Position numbers and translations under genes: made by a program. Below the pieces are notes generated by a model. It saw nothing but the letters and a program-made list of their open reading frames with translations. It searched no databases and was not told the origin of the DNA. Shown here in pieces: positions 24,092-32,377 of a DNA stretch of 32,377 nt (positions within the stretch are counted from its first letter, which is position 1; each line of letters starts with the position of its first letter). This DNA is from Ginkgo biloba (Eukaryota; Plantae; Ginkgophyta): positions 67,173,509 through 67,205,885 of the forward strand of contig JANKJI020000002.1 in NCBI GenBank assembly GCA_024626585.2, in the 5' to 3' direction.

Positions 24092-26029
24092 GAATGTAAT
24101 TATTATCACAGCGCAGGAAACCCTAGTTCTAAGCCCGGTCAAAGGGAAGTAAAAGTTACTCAAGAAAGCTTGAAAAACCCTAAGAGAGGATCTAGATGCA
24201 TTATTGAGACCTAAGGATGTTAAAATACCTCTAACTGGCTTAAAAAGAGTTAAGAAAGAGCAAAAACAAGAGAAAAGGAGGTTATTTGAGTAATTTGGCG
24301 GCTATTATGGATGATATGACCTTTAAGATAGTTAANNNNNNNNNNNNNNNNNNNNNNNNNNNNNNNNNNNNNNNNNNNNNNNNNNNNNNNNNNNNNNNNN
24401 NNNNNNNNNNNNNNNNNNNNNNNNNNNNNNNNNNNNNNNNNNNNNNNNNNNNNNNNNNNNNNNNNNNNNNNNNNNNNNNNNNNNNNNNNNNNNNNNNNNN
24501 NNNNNNNNNNNNNNNNNNNNNNNNNNNNNNNNNNNNNNNNNNNNNNNNNNNNNNNNNNNNNNNNNNNNNNNNNNNNNNNNNNNNNNNNNNNNNNNNNNNN
24601 NNNNNNNNNNNNNNNNNNNNNNNNNNNNNNNNNNNNNNNNNNNNNNNNNNNNNNNNNNNNNNNNNNNNNNNNNNNNNNNNNNNNNNNNNNNNNNNNNNNN
24701 NNNNNNNNNNNNNNNNNNNNNNNNNNNNNNNNNNNNNNNNNNNNNNNNNNNNNNNNNNNNNNNNNNNNNNNNNNNNNNNNNNNNNNNNNNNNNNNNNNNN
24801 NNNNNNNNNNNNNNNNNNNNNNNNNNNNNNNNNNNNNNNNNNNNNNNNNNNNNNNNNNNNNNNNNNNNNNNNNNNNNNNNNNNNNNNNNNNNNNNNNNNN
24901 NNNNNNNNNNNNNNNNNNNNNNNNNNNNNNNNNNNNNNNNNNNNNNNNNNNNNNNNNNNNNNNNNNNNNNNNNNNNNNNNNNNNNNNNNNNNNNNNNNNN
25001 NNNNNNNNNNNNNNNNNNNNNNNNNNNNNNNNNNNNNNNNNNNNNNNNNNNNNNNNNNNNNNNNNNNNNNNNNNNNNNNNNNNNNNNNNNNNNNNNNNNN
25101 NNNNNNNNNNNNNNNNNNNNNNNNNNNNNNNNNNNNNNNNNNNNNNNNNNNNNNNNNNNNNNNNNNNNNNNNNNNNNNNNNNNNNNNNNNNNNNNNNNNN
25201 NNNNNNNNNNNNNNNNNNNNNNNNNNNNNNNNNNNNNNNNNNNNNNNNNNNNNNNNNNNNNNNNNNNNNNNNNNNNNNNNNNNNNNNCTACAATAAATAT
25301 GCCTTATAATCTTTTCTAATTTTTAAGTTATAATCTTACCCATATACATCTCATAAGAAAAGAACTAAAAAAAATTGATGTACTAATAAAATCAAGATAT
25401 TACTTTCAAAAGTGAGAAGAAAATATAAGAAAAAATTTAGATACCTCACTAGGCTCTATTACCAATTAATGTAGTGATTAGTGAAGTTTTTCTTATTCTT
25501 CTTCTTTTTATATAATACCAAGTTTTCAACTTATTAAATACCAACTAGGATAATATAAGTATGACCTTTGGAGGTATTATGGAAGAGATGAATAAATCTA
25601 GAGTCAACCTAGGATCACTTCTCCAAATCTTAAAATTTTATCTTAACATCAAATGCAAATAAATCTACCCCCCAAGTCATTTTTTTAAAACAAACGCACC
25701 TATGAGTAGCTCTCTGAGCCTTATTTTGAATATTAGGTGGAAGGGCTTCCAATTCCTTAGCAATAAAGAGAACTCCATGTTTTATTATAAATTATCATAA
25801 ACTTTATAGACATAATTTATCCTTATTCATATTGAGATTTAAATTTTGGTTCATAAATGTGTCTCTTTGAGCTCTGCTTATGGTTAAAATTTTAACTTAT
25901 AACTCCTTATTCACTTCAAATAGCTAATTTACTAAAAATGTTATTAGAACTAAAATACTAACAGTTTGAAGCTCAGCTTTTGGAAGATGATAGATCTAGT
26001 GTCTAATATTTTAGGTCCTAACATATTCT

Positions 26030-26205
26030 ATTTTACCTGAAATGAACTTTCCTTTTCTCAGGGTTCTTATACCCTCTTATAACCTAAGCTAGAATATTAG
26101 CTTGTAATAAATATGTATAAAACCAAACACATTGAGATTGCATACATAAGCCAATTGTAAAAGAAAGGAGTCTATATAAATAGGTTAATCTAACCGTTGG
26201 TTACA
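26030..26205 (-). repeat. Second diverged copy of the family C segment
   Basis: CTTTTCTCAGGGTTCTT..TATAAC..TATAAAACCAA..ATACATAAG..AAAGAAAGGA shared with 23540-23740. Confidence 0.55.
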
Positions 26206-27173
26206 AATATTCTTCATTGAAGTAAGAAATTAATTAAGGATCATCATTTTAACAATTTAAATGATTATAGTAGTAGTCATAATTATATTTCACCCAACTA
26301 GTAAATAATTCAACTCTATAACTCAAAGGTAGAGAAATAATATACGCAAAAATGGTTGATGGAAGATCCCTTACAAAAGTAGTTGTTATAGGGAATATAG
26401 AACTTGTGTGAGATGTGTATCATACTAGTAATGAGGAAAATATGATGTGATCATAGGTACATATTTATTAAAAACAAATAAATAAATTATACATAGGATG
26501 TCATAATAAATAAATTATTGTAACCCAAGATCCTAATAGTGTGAGAATAATTGAAGAGGAAAATAAATTAAAAATAAATAAATATCCATATTATACAGGA
26601 AATTAAGAGAAGTGTTAGGAAGGGATGCAAAATTTTTTATATAATTACTCATACAAACCCATGGAAAAAATTGCCACCACAATTTTCCCTATTTATTATA
26701 ACTATCAATTATGCATTTTTCCTTAAATACTTTAGTACTAATGATACATTAATATTATGACTAATTCATTTTACTCAAACATTTTAAATAAATTATGAAA
26801 TATNNNNNNNNNNNNNNNNNNNNNNNNNNNNNNNNNAATGTTACTATCAAATAAAAAGGAATTTTTATTGGAGGTAAATGTTTGATAGAAACTTCAAATA
26901 ACATATGTTCTTATTTCCTTTCCATTATTTAGAACAAAAATACTCTAAGAGGGAAAGAGAAACACATGACAATAGTTTCTCCCAGGTAATATTTTTCTAA
27001 ATATATTCGGGTGTTTTTTTTTATTAGTTAGATGGTATGGGTTATGCTTATAANNNNNNNNNNNNNNNNNNNNNNNNNNNNNNNNNNNNNNNNNNNNNNN
27101 NNNNNNNNNNNNNNNNNNNNNNNNNNNNNNNNNNNNNNNNNNNNNNNNNNNNNTAGATAAATAAAAAGAGTAA

Positions 27174-27950
27174 ATTGAGTAGTGGAGGAAATGATAAAAA
27201 CATATATTGCTGATGAAGGCCTTAAATTGGGAAAAATATTTATATGTAGTAGAATCTACAAACAACCAAAGTTACCATTTGACTAATGTTTCCTTTTAAA
27301 GTGATCTATGGTGGAAACTACAATACACCATCATCCTAGTATGACTTTGTACTTAAGAAATGGTACATCAATGAGGACTTAGTAAATATGGTGAGTATGA
27401 CACAAAGAACTAATGTTGATATAAAAGTAACCCAAGACCAATATAAAAATCAAGTAAACATAAAATGATCCATTTGATAATTTAAAGAGTGTGACAAAGT
27501 GTCCATTCAAATAAAACCTTAAAGAAGTGCACTCAAACTAGGGGAGTATTCCAAGTTAGCTCATAGATAATATGGAGTCCTCGAAATTATGTGCAAAGTA
27601 GGTGACCTAGCCTATGAACTAGCCTTCCACAACTAAAAATCCATAATGTATTTTTATCTAGTTTATTGAAAATGCATATTCTCAACCCTAACCATGTAAT
27701 TTATTAGCATAGTTTTACAATAGAACATAATTATGAATTCACTATAGAACTAGAAAATTTTCTTGTTAAGAGAATAAGGAATCTTAGAAACTAAGGCATT
27801 TCTAAAGTTAAAGTGGAGTTTTTGTGATGAAACTAGTGCTAAAAAGGGACAAGAAGAAGTTATGAAATTGCAATATCCTAGTTTCCATTTGAACTTTTGA
27901 TATAAACACAATCAAAGCAACTGAGGATATATGAAAGTTAGAGGAGAGAA
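27174..27950 (+). pseudogene. Tekay/Del-like gypsy integrase C-terminal remnant followed by PPT
   Basis: RVN*VVEEMIKTY..WEKYLYVVE..PFKVIYG..YSKLAHR*YGVLEIMCKVGDLAYELA..KIHNVF..SLLK..PNHVI..EEVMKLQYP; purine tract AGAGGAGAGAA at 27940-27950. Confidence 0.75.
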
Positions 27951-29030
27951 TTTTATGTGCTTAAATACCCCCTTATTTATTATAAAGGAGTTCATAAAAC
28001 CTTGGAAATATGAATGAATGTAATATGTACTAAAATAACTTTATTAAAAGATTGTTAATATGTTAAGCGAGGGGTTGGATGGTTGGATATTTCCCTCCAA
28101 ATATCTTGGTAACCATTCAATTCTCACTTATATGGAGGGAAGAGATAGAGAGGAATGGGGACATGAAATAAAAGAATATTATAAAATAAAAGTTTGAATA
28201 CTTGATGCATAATGGAAGGGATCACCTTAGAGCCAATACAATTAAAAGCTTGAATACCCAATGTGTTAAACATCGCTTATAGTTCATTGAGTAAGCTAGG
28301 GAGGACTATGGTATAGGTGTTTATATATGAAAAAAATCTTACTAGTGTCATAAGAATACGCGAAAGGCCTGCCATTTTTTATCTACAAATCCTGTAAAGA
28401 TGAGTTCCTGGCCTTGCATATTATAATATATTCTTATATGTCCATTTAATAATGTCCTACCATTTATATTGAGTTCTTTATTCTTATTTATCACTAGAAT
28501 TTATAATGGAACTTACTTATGTACTAAAGTCATCTCATACCTACACAAATAAAATTAGCGTATTAAAATCCCATAATAATTCCTTAGGAAGAATCAACAC
28601 ATTACAAAGCCTTTGCTATTTAGAATGCCTCTTCTTGACTACTAAAGGAAATGTATTTATAGTTGATAAGAGAGTAATAATATTGTCCATGCAACTTTAT
28701 AGTATATAACTTGGAATAATAACTTTTAAGGTAAACTACATATACACATGCCATCCCATAAAAGAGGAATAATAACACTCATACACTTGCACAAGATACT
28801 TCAAGGGAGCTCCCAAGTGACTTGTGAGATCTTGTAATTTCTCATTATAATCCAACTTCTAAAATTCCTTTTTGTTATCTAACACATCTTTTAGGATTAA
28901 TTTTACTAATAAAACTTAGAGAAATCTATTNNNNNNNNNNNNNNNNNNNNNNNNNNNNNNNNNNNNNNNNNNNNNNNNNNNNNNNNNNNNNNNNNNNNNN
29001 NNNNNNNNNNNNNNNNNNNNNNNNNNNNNN

Positions 29031-29645
29031 CAACTCTCCCTAAATGATCCCTGCGAGGCACTCTTATAGCTCTAGATTCAATGGACACCTACTCCTACTC
29101 TAAATGTCTCTCTTAGCTCCAACGAGCAGGTTTGGTGCGCATTTACTCTGACAACGGTTCTTCCATTAATGCCTGTAATGGCGCCAAGTCTGTCTCTGTG
29201 TAATGGCTTACTATCCTGAGTCAAGAATTTGCCTCCGTCGATTGGGACTATCATCAGTTAACTTTTGCATGGCTATCATTACTTCTTTCAACAATCTACC
29301 ATCGACGAGGTCAGTCAGCCCCTCACCAACGAGGCTCTAAGTTGCTCCTCAGACAGGCTTCCACCTCCTCTCTTTCACCGATGGAGTCAGTGAGCTTCCC
29401 CACTGATGATGTTAGCCAGCTATCTACAAGGCGTATTAGTCTCCATCAACGATGTTTGGAAATGTCTCTAACGTATGTCCACTCACACCCTACTGACGGA
29501 TATGGGTCTGTTGCTCCCCACCGACGAGGTTGGTCCTGTCGGTTACCGATGTGGTTAGTTCCCTTCTCTCTAACAACGACCAAAATATCCTTCTGCCGAC
29601 GACGTCAGCCACCCGATCCTGTGGACGCCAGATTCTCCTGCATCA
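29031..29645 (-). repeat. LTR 5' portion related to family B termini
   Basis: Ends GATTCTCCTGCATCA, identical to 9112-9126; GC-richer than the flanks; left side runs into a gap. Confidence 0.6.
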
Positions 29646-31131
29646 AGGTCAAATTTAGAGGAAATAGGGGATTAGATGCATCAAAGAGGATGTCACATCC
29701 AATGTATTCTCTCTTCTCTAAGACTCTACTAAAACCTAATGCTTGTTGGAAGAGGATGATCATATTATGTATATCTAAAGAGAAACAAGATGTATAGATC
29801 TATTTATTTAAAATAATAGATGCATTATTCATTGACTAAAAAGAGAACCTTTTGTTTGTCTCCAACTATAATATTTCTCTTTCTAGCCAAATCCCTCTCC
29901 TATCATCCTTCTCAAATGAAGATTACATGGGGATAGGAACAACCCAACCTACATACAAGAAGGAGAATGAAGATGCACCTAGTTCCCTATAATCATCCCC
30001 TACATCTCTTTTCAATTCTACTTATTCCATCCTTCCATATGAGTAGGACTTAAATCGAGGAGTACATGAGCTATAACATGCATATTATCCATTACTCATC
30101 CCTATCATCTTCCACCTAATCTCAACCTTTTCCATATTTATTATCCTCCATTTGTTGAGTTTGTTCACTTATTCGCCAAGGTCCTTCATCTCATTTATCG
30201 ATAATGTCTATGTCATTTTCTAAGATTATTCATTGAGTTGCTCCTCCTCTTTGTTGACCTATAAACCATTTTTCATTTTGTTAACTAGATGATATTACCC
30301 ATTCATCAGGCTATTCCTTTGTTTGTCATCTTATTATGTAGATTAATTTGTTCATTGAGTTTCTTACATCATTAATTAGATAGTTCAATGCTTATCAAGT
30401 CCCTTATGTCGTTCACTCATAACAAAACCAAACATTATCCCATAGGATCCAAGAACAACATTTAAATACAATCATATATAGGGGTGCAAGAGGGAATACA
30501 AACTCAATGCGTTTACATTAAGAATCCAAATCTTTCACTATATTATAATTCTCATCATTACATTTGGCCCACCGACCTACTCACNNNNNNNNNNNNNNNN
30601 NNNNNNNNNNNNNNNNNNNNNNNNNNNNNNNNNNNNNNNNNNNNNNNNNNNNNNNNNNNNNNNNNNNNNNNNNNNNNNNNNNNNTGTCGCCAAAAGCTAA
30701 ATGGTGTAAACTCAAAGAGGTAGAGGACAAGTTTTCTCACTTCAAAATTGTTTTTGTTTTTTAGGGTCCACACCCCCCCCCCCAAGGGGAGGTCTAATCT
30801 GTGTTCAAATCCAAAACAATGACAAACATTGGGGACATATGATATGGATAGAGTCTTTCTTGCATTAAAGGGCATAAGTAGGATACTTGCATATGATATG
30901 TACGTAAGTCGTAAGGTGCAGATACTATTCAGTCAACAATGAGAAAAATTGTATTCATTGTCAACATTTCAAGGGAGTGGGTGTTAGAGGTTTTTGTAAG
31001 GCTTAAATGAGGAACGTTCAACAAAAGCCCAAAGTTTGAAGTGAACTAAAAGCCTTATGAACTTATCAAAAGCTTGGTGGCTTAAGTGAAATGTACCTTT
31101 TAAAAAGTCTAACGACTAGCCAATGATGGAG

Positions 31132-31316
31132 AATGGTGCAAAGGTAATTTAGCGTTGTTAGGGAATAGTGCAAAGATAAGTTCATTGATGTGGGCGAATG
31201 GTGGAAAGTCGAGTTTGTCATTGTTGGTAAATGGTATAAAGGCAAGTTTGTCGTTGTTGACAAATGGTGCAAGGACAAGTCTGTAGTTGTCAATGAAAGA
31301 TGTAAAAAGAAATTCC
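31132..31316. repeat. 33-bp minisatellite, ~5.5 diverged units
   Basis: Units start at 31132, 31164, 31197, 31230, 31263 and 31296; consensus approx. AATGGTGCAAAGRCAAGTTTGTCGTTGTTGRYR. Confidence 0.85.
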
Positions 31317-31448
31317 AAGTGTTAGAAGGTTGGGCATCGATAGAGAGGAATCTAGGGAGAAAGCGCTATCTACGTCTTGGCACGAGAGTCTCACTTCGAC
31401 AAAGATGATAGGAAGTCTCATTCAGACTGAGTGAAAAGGAGGAACCCA

Positions 31449-32339
31449 TGATTTTTTACTAATAAGATCACGTAATCTAGAAAGATGCTGAATGTAGAGC
31501 TCCATTAGGGTTTTGCAGGTGGTTTGCCACCTTGATGGACTCTACTCGCCACCCTTAACCTTGTGTGGGTTTAGATTCGATGCCAGGGGGGCGAGGGTTT
31601 GGTTAGATGCAAGGGGGAGAGGGAGTTTCAGCTTGGGGGAGGCAAATATGGAGTATAGCGTAGGGCTTGCATTTCTTCGAGTGCAACTATGTTTGGCTTA
31701 TCTCAAGGGTTTGGTGGTTTGGGGCCCTTACAGGTCTGTGGGTGGCGACTCTTCTAGTGGTAGCCATGGTCATTACTCAGTGTTTTCAGGTTAGTCCCTG
31801 CTTATTTATTCTTGTTGGTCTCTTTTACTCCAGGCGGTGTTGATGAACAAATGTCTCCAATTGCTTGTAGCTCAGGCCGATTTCCCTTGGTTTGACAAAC
31901 ACTTGGTCTCTATTGGGTGATTGTTCTTCCAACCATTATGGCATGTTTTAGTTTTTTCTTTTTTTGCCAGGTTAGGGTTTCAAGACTAGTAGGGTTTTAA
32001 TAACCTTTTTTTGATGTATGATTGGCTCTTTATTGTCCTCATATTTTATTTTGGCACCCTATGTGGTGGACACGTTATCCTTCTTGTGTTTAAGTTCATG
32101 CTATGCCCTATGTGGCAATTTGATATTTTGGCTCCCTACGTGGTGCCCACTTATTTATTTTAATTTTGTATTTTAGAACCCTATGTGGTGACTGAGTTTA
32201 ATCCTACCCTTTGAGGAATACCTCACCTTTGGGGTGTCATTACCGTTGAGGATGCTTGGTCATAGGACTTTTGTTGTAAATTTGAACTTATCCTTCATAT
32301 TTTAAATGAAAAGAAAAATATAATTATAAAAAAAGAAAA
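31449..32339 (+). mobile_element. A-tailed non-LTR retroposon (probably a 5'-truncated LINE 3' end)
   Basis: Flanked by GAAAAGGAGGAACCCA (31433-31448) and GAAAAGGAGGAACGCA (32340-32355), 15/16 identical; A-rich tail ~32304-32339. Confidence 0.8.
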
Positions 32340-32377
32340 GAAAAGGAGGAACGCACTCCGACGAAGATAGAATGATG

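Larger units (their letters stand above)
30971..32377 (+). repeat. PPT (30971-30981) and probable 3' LTR from 30982, interrupted by a retroposon
   Basis: AAGGGAGTGGG|TGTTAG; the internal motif CACTTCGACAAAGAT (~31392) reappears as CACTCCGACGAAGAT after the insertion. Confidence 0.5.

Noticed and set aside
21310-25296. Long ORFs of 273-336 aa in the ORF track
   Set aside because: They are translations of N gaps.
29342-29797. 151-aa ORF as a gene
   Set aside because: TTG start, no recognisable domain, and it crosses the putative LTR boundary at 29645.
30555-30584. LTR end plus Tat-type PBS (ATTACA-TTTGGCCCACCG)
   Set aside because: Only a partial match to TGGCGCCCACCG and immediately followed by a gap; cannot be supported.
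31132-31316. CRISPR-like periodicity
   Set aside because: Units are contiguous and diverged with no unique spacers or cas genes; eukaryotic TE context.

Overview
Gene-free, AT-rich, gap-riddled plant heterochromatin-like sequence made almost entirely of nested, mostly decayed retrotransposons. A large-genome seed plant such as a gymnosperm is my inference from element types and ages, not something the sequence proves. The main structure is a minus-strand L1-type LINE (ORF2 start 20784; endonuclease, RT and zf-RVT down to 17531, resuming at 2988). It is split by a 14.5-kb plus-strand Ty3/gypsy chromovirus of the CRM clade (LTRs 2989-4159 and 16370-17530; integrase with a chromodomain). That element carries antisense fragments of its own family, two LTRs plus gag/protease of a second CRM family, and a much better preserved Ty1/copia element (about 9700-13267). 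Outside this nest are a 5'-truncated RNase H-bearing LINE with poly(A) and a candidate TSD (167-1643), a Tekay-like integrase remnant (27174-27890), several LTR remnants, a 33-bp minisatellite and a TSD-flanked A-tailed retroposon (31449-32339). I found no intact host gene, RNA gene or CRISPR array, and no convincing new biological system. The interesting signals are structural: insertion history, repair footprints and duplicated junctions. Identities quoted are hand counts or by-eye estimates, and some joins cross N gaps and could be assembly artefacts.
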